Below are positions 9,154 through 17,799 of a DNA stretch of 64,000 nt, piece after piece. How positions within the stretch are numbered: the first letter of the stretch is position 1; every line of letters begins with the position of its first letter. Under the pieces are notes generated by a model. That model did no database searches, was not told the DNA's origin, and worked only from the letters and a program-made list of their open reading frames with translations. Source of the DNA: an uncultured archaeon. GTDB lineage: Archaea > Thermoproteota > Nitrososphaeria_A > Caldarchaeales > Wolframiiraptoraceae. The position numbers and the translations under genes are program-made. The DNA is taken from positions 65,771-129,770 of the forward strand of contig CALJVH010000010.1 in the NCBI GenBank assembly GCA_937974645.1, given 5' to 3'.

Positions 9154-9242
9154 TGGGGCCGGCCGGATTTGAACCGGCGACCTCCGCCGCCTCCCCCTCT
9201 CCTCCGTGTCAGGGCGGCGTCATACCGCTAGACCACGGCCCC
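9154..9242 (-). tRNA. tRNA-Val (anticodon GAC) with an intron of about 17 nt 3' of the anticodon
   Basis: Reverse complement: GGGGCCG-TG-GTCT-AGCGGTA-TGAC-G-CCGCC-CTGACA-[CGGAGGAGAGGGGGAGG]-C-GGCGG-AGGTC-GCCGG-TTCAAAT-CCGGC-CGGCCCC-A. Confidence 0.85.
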
Positions 9243-9270
9243 GACCTGCACTAGACCATATCCGTCATCC

Positions 9271-9281
9271 TTTATTTTTAA
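9271..9281 (-). promoter_or_regulatory. Putative TATA element for tRNA-Val(GAC)
   Basis: The minus strand reads ttaaaaataaa, centred about 32 nt upstream of the tRNA 5' end. The spacing matches that of the other tRNA-Val. Confidence 0.35.
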
Positions 9282-9655
9282 TATTCCCTCAATCTGAGGA
9301 TTAAAACGTGTTAAAGCACCTTAGTGTAGTAGCCTATTCTAATGTTGGGTGGTTGTAAGAGTGTTGTTTTCCTATCGTAGCTGATCGCTTAGAGGGCCCA
9401 GAGCCTCTCGTTAACGTTGCACAGCTAAGCCTCTGCAAGGTCTATTGTTTTTCCTCTTAACCTCGAGCCCGTTTGGGAGAATGTGGAGGATTGTTGTCCC
9501 TTAGGCGGGCACCCTTCTAGCATAGTTCAACGCGGCCTCGTCACCAGACATCTCCATGTGAGTGTAGCATCGTGCACCTGTAGGCTTCAAGATCAGCAGA
9601 ACTCCGGTTTAAGTATAGTGGAGTAATATAGAAAGTATTGAAGAGGACAGCTATT

Positions 9656-9817
9656 CTATCTCTTTATCTCCCTCCGCTTCCACCTTAGATCATAGCTCTT
9701 GCATTTTCTACATTTGTCTGCGGTGGGGGCGTTTCTGGCGCCGCACTTCATGCAGATCTTGTAGTAAAGCCTGCGCCTCTGGGCTATCTGGATAAGCGTA
9801 ACGTCCCTTACCGGCAT
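9656..9817 (-). CDS. rpl40e: Ribosomal protein eL40 (L40e), 53 aa, below the ORF-track cutoff
   Basis: Hand translation: MPVRDVTLIQIAQRRRLYYKICMKCGARNAPTADKCRKCKSYDLRWKRREIKR. The C-x2-C...C-x2-C zinc ribbon and basic tail are typical of L40e. Confidence 0.85.
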   Translation of the reverse strand: MPVRDVTLIQIAQRRRLYYKICMKCGARNAPTADKCRKCKSYDLRWKRREIKR

Positions 9818-9967
9818 TTCAAGAAACTCTTAGAGGGGAATAATTTAGCCATTATTCTCGATTATCCGCTCCGTGTAGCTCGAGTTCCTCCCGAGTTAAC
9901 GCTTACGAGAAAATAAATTTATGTGGAGGCCGATTCTACTTAAAATACAACTCACGGGGGTAGAAGA

Positions 9968-10252
9968 ATGTCTCAGAGTGAGATTCCAACAGTATTGATT
10001 GGCAAGAAGCCGCTGATGAACTATGTCTTTGCATGTCTAACAACTCTCCAGGGAGGGGCTAGGCAACTGCTGGTTAAGGCGAGGGGCAGAGCTATCAGCA
10101 GAGCCGTCGACGTCGTTCAAATCCTCCAGAGGAGGTTCTACAAGGACTTGAAGGTTGCGGACATAAAGCTGGGCACGCAGGAGCTCATGGGCCCCAATAA
10201 CCAGCCCGTAAGCATCAGCACGATAGAGATACTGCTGAAGCGGGAGTCCTGA
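9968..10252 (+). CDS. albA: Alba (Sac10b) DNA/RNA-binding chromatin protein
   Basis: 94 aa: VLIGKKPLMNYVFACLTTLQ...VKARGRAISRAVDVVQIL, the canonical Alba pattern. Confidence 0.9.
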   Translation: MSQSEIPTVLIGKKPLMNYVFACLTTLQGGARQLLVKARGRAISRAVDVVQILQRRFYKDLKVADIKLGTQELMGPNNQPVSISTIEILLKRES

Positions 10253-10332
10253 ATCCCCACAATTTTCTTCCCCCTTCACCCCATTAGGATTAAATTCTCG
10301 TGGGCGTAGTTGGCTGAGGGAGAGGTGGGTAG

Positions 10333-10899
10333 GTGGAGCTTCCATTATGCTCCTTCGATCTTAAGACTGGTATGTTTTGTCCCCGATGCTCAGAGAAGCT
10401 TAAGAGGGGGATTTATACGGATCTGGATGTTAAGGCGATGAGACTTCTCCTCGAACTCGAGAAGAAGTTTACTAAGCTTCAGAGAGCAGGCTATGTTAAG
10501 TCTGTTGACGGCGGGGATACCATCTTCATAGTTTTTAGGGATGGTGATCTAGGTAAGCTGGAGATTAGGGAGTTTGCCCAGCTCCGGAAAATTCTCAGCG
10601 AGGAGCTTGGGAAGCATGTTAAGCTCGTCGAGAACCACTCAGATCCATTGAAGTTCCTGGAGAGAGTCGCGGCTCCGGCTAGGATCGTCGCGGCTAATAA
10701 AATCTGGCTTCCAGACGGCTCGGAGGAAACGAGGGTGATCTTTGACCATGAGAGAAATCTTAAGGTTGGCGAAGAGGCTTTAAAGAGGGTCTTGGAGGAG
10801 GTTAAAGGAATGAAGTTGACGATAGATTTCGAGAAGAGGAGTTTATGGAGGCCGCCGAGAAGGGAGCGAGCTCGGAGGGGAGCTACGGCTAGAGGGTAA
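10333..10899 (+). CDS. Hypothetical protein with an N-terminal Cys cluster and a basic C-terminal tail (possibly nucleic-acid binding)
   Basis: 188 aa. GTG start preceded by GAGGTG. N-terminus LCSFDLKTGMFCPRCSEKL, C-terminus RPPRRERARRGATARG. I have only a vague recollection of similar crenarchaeal proteins. Function is not supported. Confidence 0.5.
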   Translation: MELPLCSFDLKTGMFCPRCSEKLKRGIYTDLDVKAMRLLLELEKKFTKLQRAGYVKSVDGGDTIFIVFRDGDLGKLEIREFAQLRKILSEELGKHVKLVENHSDPLKFLERVAAPARIVAANKIWLPDGSEETRVIFDHERNLKVGEEALKRVLEEVKGMKLTIDFEKRSLWRPPRRERARRGATARG

Positions 10900-10962
10900 G
10901 TTATACTCTGAAGACTTAGTCTTTTTAGGAGGAGTCCAGCTCATTTGGGCGGTGAACCGGAT

Positions 10963-12267
10963 ATGCTGAGAAGCCATTATATCGAGGATCTTAAGCCCGG
11001 CATGGGCGGCGAAGTCCAGATAGCCGGCTGGGTTGATAGGGTCAAGGATGTTGGAAAGTTTAGGTTCATCTGGCTGAGAGATAGGAGTGGAATATGCCAA
11101 GTAACGGTGCATAAGGATCAGGAAGAGGTCTATGGGGTGGCCTCAAAGCTCGGGCTACATGACTTCATAGCTGTTAGCGGGGTTATTCTCGAGAAGCCCA
11201 TTGCAAAGGTGGGTGTCGAGATAAAGCCGATGAGCATCATCCTTCTCAGCCGATCCGAATACCCGCTACCCCTTGATGTCAGTGGTCTAGTTGAATCCGG
11301 CTTGGCCACGCGCCTAGATTGGAGGCCTATAGATCTCAGGAATCCTAGAAGCATGGCCGTCCTCAAGGTGCAAGCGTCTCTCGCCAGGGGGATGCAGAGA
11401 TACCTTGACTCAAAGGGCTTCATCCAAGTCTTCACGCCATGCATCATCGGAGCGGGGTCTGAAGGTGGCGCGGAGCTCTTCGAGGTGGACTACTTCGGGA
11501 GGAGGGCCTATCTCAGGCAGGATCCACAGCTTCATAGGCAGCTTCTCATGGTGGCCGGCCTCGACAGGATCTATGATCTTGGGCCGAGTTGGAGGGCTGA
11601 GCCGAGCCATACGCCAAGGCATCTCTGCGAGTACCGCTCATGCGCCGTCGAGCTATCCTTCATAGAGGATGAGGGAGACGTGATGAATGTTGAGGAGGAA
11701 CTTGTGGCCGCCGGGATAAAGGAGGTTGTGGAGACATGTGGGAGCGAACTCAAATTGCTTGATGTAGAGCTCGAGATCCCGAAAAGGCCATTCCCGGTTC
11801 TCGAGTTTCCGAAGGTCTATGAGATCCTAGAAGATCTGGGTAAGAGGATCCCGTGGGGAGAGGACCTTGATCGAGAGGCCGAGAAGCTTCTTGCGGAATA
11901 CGTGAAGGAGAACTACGATCATGACTTCTTCTTCGTCAACAAGTTTCCGTATAGGGTTAAGCCATTCTACGTGATGAGAGAGGATGGGACTGAGTGGGCG
12001 AGGAGTACGGACCTGATAGGCGGCGGGCTCGAGCTGAGCTCCGGAGGCCAGAGGGAGCACCGCTATGAAAGAATCGTTCAACAGATCCGTGAGAAAGGGC
12101 TAAACCTAGAGGACTTCGGATGGTTTGCCGAGCATTTCAGGTATGGTGCGCCTCCTCATGGCGGATTTGCGATAGGGATTGAGAGATTGACTATGGTGAT
12201 CCTCGGGCTGGAGAATATTAGGGAGGCCGCGCCATTTCCAAGAACTCCTGAGAGATTGCTGCCCTGA
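10963..12267 (+). CDS. aspS: Aspartyl-tRNA synthetase (archaeal type, class IIb)
   Basis: N-terminal OB fold (IAGWVDRVKDVGKFRFIWLRDRSG), class II motifs (FRAE-like WRAEPSHTPRHLCEY, GGGLELSSGGQREH, GAPPHGGFAIGIERL). ATG 10963 is preferred over the upstream TTG at 10945. Confidence 0.9.
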   Translation: MLRSHYIEDLKPGMGGEVQIAGWVDRVKDVGKFRFIWLRDRSGICQVTVHKDQEEVYGVASKLGLHDFIAVSGVILEKPIAKVGVEIKPMSIILLSRSEYPLPLDVSGLVESGLATRLDWRPIDLRNPRSMAVLKVQASLARGMQRYLDSKGFIQVFTPCIIGAGSEGGAELFEVDYFGRRAYLRQDPQLHRQLLMVAGLDRIYDLGPSWRAEPSHTPRHLCEYRSCAVELSFIEDEGDVMNVEEELVAAGIKEVVETCGSELKLLDVELEIPKRPFPVLEFPKVYEILEDLGKRIPWGEDLDREAEKLLAEYVKENYDHDFFFVNKFPYRVKPFYVMREDGTEWARSTDLIGGGLELSSGGQREHRYERIVQQIREKGLNLEDFGWFAEHFRYGAPPHGGFAIGIERLTMVILGLENIREAAPFPRTPERLLP

Positions 12268-12849
12268 AAAATCTTTGCGAGCCTTCTCGCCGCGCGATCT
12301 CACGAGAATGTAGACCTCGTCCTTAATCTCCTCAGTAGGCTGGAGTATCTTAAGGGCCCAGCCCCGGAAGTATTTTCTCAAGAGCTTCAGGATTGCAGGT
12401 TTGAGGTCTAGCTTCTTCCTGAGAAGTGTTATAATTGCAGTGCTACGCGAGACTCTTGCTAACTCCCTTACTGCCTTCCCAGGGTTCATTAGATGGATTA
12501 CCGTGAAGCACGCTGTTAGATCCGCGGCCCCAGATCTTATTGGCAGGGCATGTGCATCAGCCTGGACGACCATTACAAGCTGTGATCTACTCTTGGCAAT
12601 CCTTAGCCTATCAGCCGCCAAGTCTATTCCAACGTAGAGACTTTTGAAACCCATTAGCTCGAGGAAGTTTGCGAGGAGGCCGGTCGCGCAACCAACATCA
12701 AGCACTACCCGGGTTTCTTGTGAGAAGTGGACCAGCTCCCGAAATACCGCAGTGTACTTTCTGGTCTGCTCCTCGCCATAGAGCTCGTCATAGCCCTCGG
12801 CTGGGACATCATAGAATGGCAGCGCACCGCTCATAGTCCAAGTGGTCAA
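12106..12849 (-). CDS. Class I SAM-dependent methyltransferase with a C-terminal tail encoded antisense to aspS
   Basis: Motif I VLDVGCATG plus an acidic post-I residue. The methyltransferase fold appears to end near ...DEVYILVRSR (around nt 12280). The ORF then continues 162 nt into the aspS 3' end before reaching a stop. Confidence 0.7.
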   Translation of the reverse strand: MTTWTMSGALPFYDVPAEGYDELYGEEQTRKYTAVFRELVHFSQETRVVLDVGCATGLLANFLELMGFKSLYVGIDLAADRLRIAKSRSQLVMVVQADAHALPIRSGAADLTACFTVIHLMNPGKAVRELARVSRSTAIITLLRKKLDLKPAILKLLRKYFRGWALKILQPTEEIKDEVYILVRSRGEKARKDFSGQQSLRSSWKWRGLPNILQPEDHHSQSLNPYRKSAMRRRTIPEMLGKPSEVL

Positions 12850-12953
12850 TAGTAAGGATCATATCTAGGGATTTCCATTTCCCTATTGCCGGCGATGATG
12901 AGTTTGCCGAGTTCGGAGCGGTGAAGTAAATAAGCCCTCGCCGAGCCGGCTTC

Positions 12954-13217
12954 TCAATCCCCGATCTTAAACTCGACCAGCTCGCCCGTTTTCGGGCTAA
13001 GCCTCATCACCACTCTTACCAGCTTCTTCCTCCATCTTTTCTTGACCCGTAGATCGAGCTTGATGCTCCATAAGCCGCCATGTGTGCTGGGCTCAAGCGC
13101 TATTGAGTTCACCCAATATTTTTTAATCTTGGCTCCAAACCTTTTCTCGGCCTCCAATATGGCCTGTCTCTCGGCCTCCTCCCAAGAGCTTATCCTCACG
13201 CCCACCCCCCTTCTCAT
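12954..13217 (-). CDS. Small hypothetical protein (87 aa), last gene of the MacB-type ABC operon
   Basis: Lies 9 nt downstream of the FtsX permease on the same strand. Basic, beta-rich-looking sequence with no recognised domain. Confidence 0.4.
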   Translation of the reverse strand: MRRGVGVRISSWEEAERQAILEAEKRFGAKIKKYWVNSIALEPSTHGGLWSIKLDLRVKKRWRKKLVRVVMRLSPKTGELVEFKIGD

Positions 13218-13226
13218 CCGAGAAGG

Positions 13227-14453
13227 TTATTCGGCTCTTAAAGCTTGGACCGGATCCATTCTAGATGCCTTCACCGCGGGATATAATCCTGAGAATATCC
13301 CAACGAGTACCGCGAAAAAGAAGCTCTCTACGATTAGATCTGGGGTGATTACAGGCGTGTACGAGATCTGAAGCATTTGAGCTACTTGTGTGCCGGCCTC
13401 CCTTACTTGGAACATCCTCGCGAATACATCTCCCATGAAGAGTGATGCCGAGACCCCGAGCGCTATTCCGAGAATGCCTCCTATGGCGCCTATCAACGCG
13501 GCCTCCGCTAAGAAGACCGCCGCAACATGCCTTTGGGTGAAGCCTATCGCTCTCAAGACCCCGATTTCCCTAGTCCGCTCCATCACGGACATTATCATCG
13601 TGTTCATTATCCCTATTCCGGCGACGACCAGCGAGATGCTCGCCACTATGAGCATGAATATCGAGAAGTTCGAGATTATCGCCCTAACGTTCCTGACGAT
13701 CGTCAGGGGGCTTATTATCTCGATATCATTTCCGTAGATTTCCTTCAGCATCTTTATCAGGGGCTCGACGGCATCGGGGGAGCTCGCGACAATGACTATC
13801 GCAGGATAGTATTTTGTGCCGAAGATGTTTCTCGCAGCCTCGACTGTTGCGAGGATGCTGTTATCAACATCGAGATATGGTGTTGAGCCGAACTCGCTGT
13901 AGATCGCGCCCACCATGAAGCTCCTCGTCTTAATAGTCTGCCCGCTTTGAAGGAGCACGGAGACAGAGGAGTATAGCCTTATCCGCTTGCTGGGATCCTC
14001 TGGCGGGTGCGCGACCTTATAGCCAAGGGCCACCACAGCCACATCCGCCGGCTGAAGGGTTTCTCCTTCCATGAGCTCCAAGTCCGGCAGTATTAGTTTA
14101 ATTATCCTCGGGTCCGTCGCGAGAAAGTTTACCTGCTTCTCGATCGATCCAGACTTAAGCATTACTCTCGTGAAGTAGAATGGTGCTGCGGCCTTAACCC
14201 CGGGAAGCCTTGATAGCATCATAACATCAGTGTCCGTGAACTTGACGGAGCCCTCGACCGGGACTATCCAGATATTGTTGCTCCCGATCCTCGAGAGTAC
14301 TTCGGTGAGGAAGTTATCAAATCCGCTTGTATTCGATATGAGGGTTATTATGGCAAGTATCCCTATCGTTATCCCCACTATTGTTAAGACGCTCCTCGTC
14401 TTCCTATCCCTGAGACCCTTGAGCGCGTACCATAGGATATCACCCGGTCTCAA
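13227..14453 (-). CDS. FtsX/MacB-family ABC transporter permease
   Basis: 408 aa. An N-terminal TM helix, a large extracytoplasmic domain and three C-terminal TM helices (the FtsX architecture). It overlaps the upstream gene by 14 nt. Confidence 0.85.
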   Translation of the reverse strand: MRPGDILWYALKGLRDRKTRSVLTIVGITIGILAIITLISNTSGFDNFLTEVLSRIGSNNIWIVPVEGSVKFTDTDVMMLSRLPGVKAAAPFYFTRVMLKSGSIEKQVNFLATDPRIIKLILPDLELMEGETLQPADVAVVALGYKVAHPPEDPSKRIRLYSSVSVLLQSGQTIKTRSFMVGAIYSEFGSTPYLDVDNSILATVEAARNIFGTKYYPAIVIVASSPDAVEPLIKMLKEIYGNDIEIISPLTIVRNVRAIISNFSIFMLIVASISLVVAGIGIMNTMIMSVMERTREIGVLRAIGFTQRHVAAVFLAEAALIGAIGGILGIALGVSASLFMGDVFARMFQVREAGTQVAQMLQISYTPVITPDLIVESFFFAVLVGIFSGLYPAVKASRMDPVQALRAE

Positions 14454-16395
14454 ACCTCCTCGACCTCCTCGCCAGATACACTATGGTTATCAGCAGAGCC
14501 ATTATCACGATTATCGAGATTACCTGGCCAAGGGGGATCTGCGGCGCCTGCTCCTTAGTAGAGGATTCAACTAGTTGCGGGATATCGACCACGGTCTCCA
14601 ATATCGTCTCGCCCCTATTTCTCAGAGAGTCTAGATAGCTTACTCTAAGGACTGCTCTCGCCCTGCCCTCCTGCTTCCCCAAGCGTTCTATGGGTATGTT
14701 GAAAAGTATTGGCGCATTCGGCTCGACATCGCCCAAGTAGCTTATCTGGGTTGAGGCGAGATCGCCACCCACGAGCTCGATCCTCGTGTATGATGCCTTC
14801 TCCGTCCCCTCGTTCAATATTCTTCCAACTAGTAGCAGGTCTCTGCCCATCCTCTCAAGCGATAGCTCCTGGAGATTGATGTCTATTATGCCCCTGACAT
14901 ACATCCCAATTAAATGATCCTCGCTTCTAAGCCAGCCTCCAGGCTCCTTGAAGCTCGCCTTAACCTTTAGGTTGAATGGTTCCCCAATCGTTGATCCTGA
15001 GGCGGTCTCAGATGGCGCATAGATCTTGAGGTTTAGGATGATCCTCCCACCCTCATTGAGCGTTGGTATATTCCAAGTCGTCGGGCCGAGAAGCGTTACC
15101 CAGCCAGCGGTCGGCGCTATTGTCAATGTTATATCCTCAAGACCCTCACCCGAGATATTCTCGATCGTTATATTGATCGGCTCTATCATTCCACCCCTCA
15201 CATATTCACCTGAGTAGATTCTCAGCTTATTTCCTCCGCTCTTCTCTAGAACCGTTATCGTGAGACCCTTCTCGACTAAATGTCTTCCCTCCTCATCGGC
15301 GTAGGTCACGATGACTGGTATGGAGTAGGAGCCCCCAGCCGCCCTTTCATTCACGAGAACATCTATCGAGAGCACTTTCTCCGATCCGGGCGCGAGATCT
15401 CCAATCTTGAATGAAAGTGGGCTGCCGAGAACCGTTAGGGGCGGGTTGGCGAGCCTATCTAACCCTATCTCAACGTTAACATCCCTAGCGGTCTCGTTTC
15501 CACTATTCCTGACCATAACGTTTAGTGTTCGTGATTGAGTGGGCTCCAGCACCGGATCCTCGAGTAATACGTCCAAGAGCACTCCAATACCGCCGAGTGG
15601 CCTTACTCTAATCATGAGGTCATGGGACTCGACGACAATATCCCCATAGGAGTTTTGGTACTTCACCTCAGTGATCAAGCTGGCTATACCATCGGCCAGA
15701 GCCCTGCTTACGAATACTTTTATGGGGATTTTCGCGGATGAGCCCGGTGCTAGGCTTCCAATTATGTGTCTGCCACCTCCCTCGAGAAGGGCTAGGCCGC
15801 TTGAGGCGGATCTAATCCAGAGCTCGATAGATGACGCATGGGCTGATCCCAGGTTTTCCAGTACCAGCTCGAGTCCTGCCAAGGATCCGGGCTTAAGAAT
15901 GCTTGGGGTTAAGGAGGGCTTGAGGGCGGCCTTCCCCGTGACCCTGAACTTGACCTTGACATAGCTTGTTGTTATCGTATCCTCATCCCGCTCGACATAC
16001 TTTAGGGCGAGGCTCATCTCATATTCGCCGACCTTCACCTCCTCGCCTATATCCAGGAGGAAAGTTAGGTAGAAGCGCTCACCAGACCTAACATAACTAC
16101 TCGTTGATGGCCCGGCTATATGTCCCCCGCTCTTAGTATCCGTGAATCCTTCTGGCAGGTAAAGCGTTCCCTGAACATATCTGAGATCCTCCTCCATCGT
16201 GTTTACCAGCTCAACTACTAGCTGCATATTCTTATCTCCGGGAGCTGCCTCGATCCGCTTGCTTAAGTCTCCGAACCAAGCATCCGAGAATATTATGTCG
16301 GGGACGGCGCCCGCTGAGACTGCTAGCGGCGCGGTGATTACGGTTAGGAGCAGGCAGACTAAAACTAGGCTAATTCTCCTCATAGACAACACCAT
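14440..16395 (-). CDS. Large secreted/anchored protein with repeated beta-sandwich (CARDB/COG1361 S-layer-domain-like) modules
   Basis: 651 aa. N-terminal signal-like helix ([21 protein letters not shown]) and C-terminal TM helix plus RRSRR. There are about five repeats of roughly 100 aa of the form ...L.V.V.N.G...A..V.... It is sandwiched, with overlaps, between the ABC ATPase and the FtsX permease. Confidence 0.7.
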   Translation of the reverse strand: MVLSMRRISLVLVCLLLTVITAPLAVSAGAVPDIIFSDAWFGDLSKRIEAAPGDKNMQLVVELVNTMEEDLRYVQGTLYLPEGFTDTKSGGHIAGPSTSSYVRSGERFYLTFLLDIGEEVKVGEYEMSLALKYVERDEDTITTSYVKVKFRVTGKAALKPSLTPSILKPGSLAGLELVLENLGSAHASSIELWIRSASSGLALLEGGGRHIIGSLAPGSSAKIPIKVFVSRALADGIASLITEVKYQNSYGDIVVESHDLMIRVRPLGGIGVLLDVLLEDPVLEPTQSRTLNVMVRNSGNETARDVNVEIGLDRLANPPLTVLGSPLSFKIGDLAPGSEKVLSIDVLVNERAAGGSYSIPVIVTYADEEGRHLVEKGLTITVLEKSGGNKLRIYSGEYVRGGMIEPINITIENISGEGLEDITLTIAPTAGWVTLLGPTTWNIPTLNEGGRIILNLKIYAPSETASGSTIGEPFNLKVKASFKEPGGWLRSEDHLIGMYVRGIIDINLQELSLERMGRDLLLVGRILNEGTEKASYTRIELVGGDLASTQISYLGDVEPNAPILFNIPIERLGKQEGRARAVLRVSYLDSLRNRGETILETVVDIPQLVESSTKEQAPQIPLGQVISIIVIMALLITIVYLARRSRRFETG

Positions 16396-16996
16396 CCCTT
16401 ATCTTCACGATCCTCCTCGCAGGAGCAGCCGCCTCAGGGTTGTGGGTCACGACCACCAATGTCACCCCGAACTCCCGGTTAAGCTTAGTGAGTAGTTCCA
16501 CGACCTCCGCCGCCGATGCGGAGTCAAGATTTCCGGTCGGCTCATCTGCCAATATTATCCTCGGGTTCGTCACTATTGCCCTAGCGATTGCGACCCTCTG
16601 CTGCTCCCCACCGCTAAGCTCCGTCGGCCTGTGATTGATTCTACGGGCTAAGCCGACCAACTCCAACGCCTCCCTCGCCCTCCCGACTCTCTTTTCTCCG
16701 TTAACGCCCTTTATCATGAGAGGAAGCATGACGTTCTCGAGCGCCGTGAGCCTCGGGATCAGGTTGAATGTCTGGAAGACGAAGCCTATCAACTCATTCC
16801 TCAGCCTGCTAAGCTCCTCATCGCTCATCCTGTTCGGATCCCTGCCTTCGATTAGAACCCTGCCCTTGGTCGGCCTATCTAGGGCGCCCGCCAAGTGGAG
16901 GAACGTGGATTTGCCACTTCCAGATGGGCCCATGACCGCCACGTGTTCGCCCCGCCCAATCTCTATGCTGAGACCTCTAAGAGCTGGAACCTCCAC
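16370..16996 (-). CDS. MacB/LolD-type ABC transporter ATP-binding protein (coordinates from the first canonical start; true N-terminus probably upstream, up to 17053)
   Basis: [34 protein letters not shown]. The conserved N-terminal strand PAIKFENAWKIYKLGR is encoded in frame upstream of GTG 16996 but without an ATG, GTG or TTG (see findings). Confidence 0.9.
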   Translation of the reverse strand: MEVPALRGLSIEIGRGEHVAVMGPSGSGKSTFLHLAGALDRPTKGRVLIEGRDPNRMSDEELSRLRNELIGFVFQTFNLIPRLTALENVMLPLMIKGVNGEKRVGRAREALELVGLARRINHRPTELSGGEQQRVAIARAIVTNPRIILADEPTGNLDSASAAEVVELLTKLNREFGVTLVVVTHNPEAAAPARRIVKIRDGVVYEEN

Positions 16997-17093
16997 CCTG
17001 CCCAGCTTGTAAATCTTCCATGCATTCTCGAACTTTATTGCAGGCTGCTCCAGAGTCCATCACCCCCAACGAACCTCAGCGAGCGCGCAATAA

Positions 17094-17104
17094 GTATTTT
17101 TAAT
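17094..17104 (-). promoter_or_regulatory. Putative TATA element of the MacB-type ABC operon
   Basis: The minus strand reads attaaaaatac, about 45 nt upstream of the in-frame CTG at 17053 and about 60 nt upstream of the ATA at 17038. Confidence 0.35.
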
Positions 17105-17799
17105 CGCGGAATATTATTCCAATAAGTGAGTGATGAAAAAGCTTGTTCACGCCCGATCCTCTTAAAAAAGGTTCCGAGCCGTATATTCATTGATGGACAT
17201 GTGTAGCTTTTTGGGATTTAACCCAGCCTAGGACCCTCTCGAGCTCATTTGACCCCTTTCATATACCTCACCTCCCTTGGGCGATTCTGCCTCAGCGGAA
17301 ACGATTCATGAAAGAAACTATACCCCAAAAATGACTTTGTAGCTAGGGCGTACAAAATTTGTCACCTAGATTTGTAGAAACCAAAAATTCACAGAAGTCA
17401 CTGCCATGGGTGCCGCAACCAAACTGCCCTTCTTCAAACTCTTGATCGCAAACGCCTTATAATAATCCTAAAACGGTGGACTGATTAGGGATAGGCGAGC
17501 GTGGGCGAAGATCTTTCGAGATGCCCACTGGTATGCTTAATGAAGGTGAGGAGATGACTTTAGGGCGAGGGATCTTGGGCTTGATATAAAAACATGGCCT
17601 CCCCTGGCCACACAACTGAAAGGATGTACATATTCATGGGAAGAGGCATCCGTAGGTAACGTATCGAGGCGTGACGTAAGTGAGGACGTCAAAGTTGTCA
17701 GATTAACTCGTGAGGAAGTATAGATGCGATCGGTAAGGATGATATTAGGAACTTGAAAAGCACCGTCGGGATTACTGATGATCATCTTCTCTACTATGT

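Noticed and set aside
9243-9655. Possible SRP (7S) RNA or RNase P RNA in the L40e-tRNA spacer.
   Set aside because: I could not find the conserved elements expected for either RNA (GGAAAGUCC-type CR-I of RNase P; GNAR-capped helix 8 and Alu-domain motifs of SRP RNA). The sequence is also less GC-rich than thermophile structural RNAs usually are.
17537-17785. 82-aa minus-strand ORF in the long spacer upstream of gapN.
   Set aside because: Composition is rich in Ser/Thr/Leu and His, with no motif and no upstream promoter or SD-like signal. I treat the region as unexplained non-coding DNA instead.
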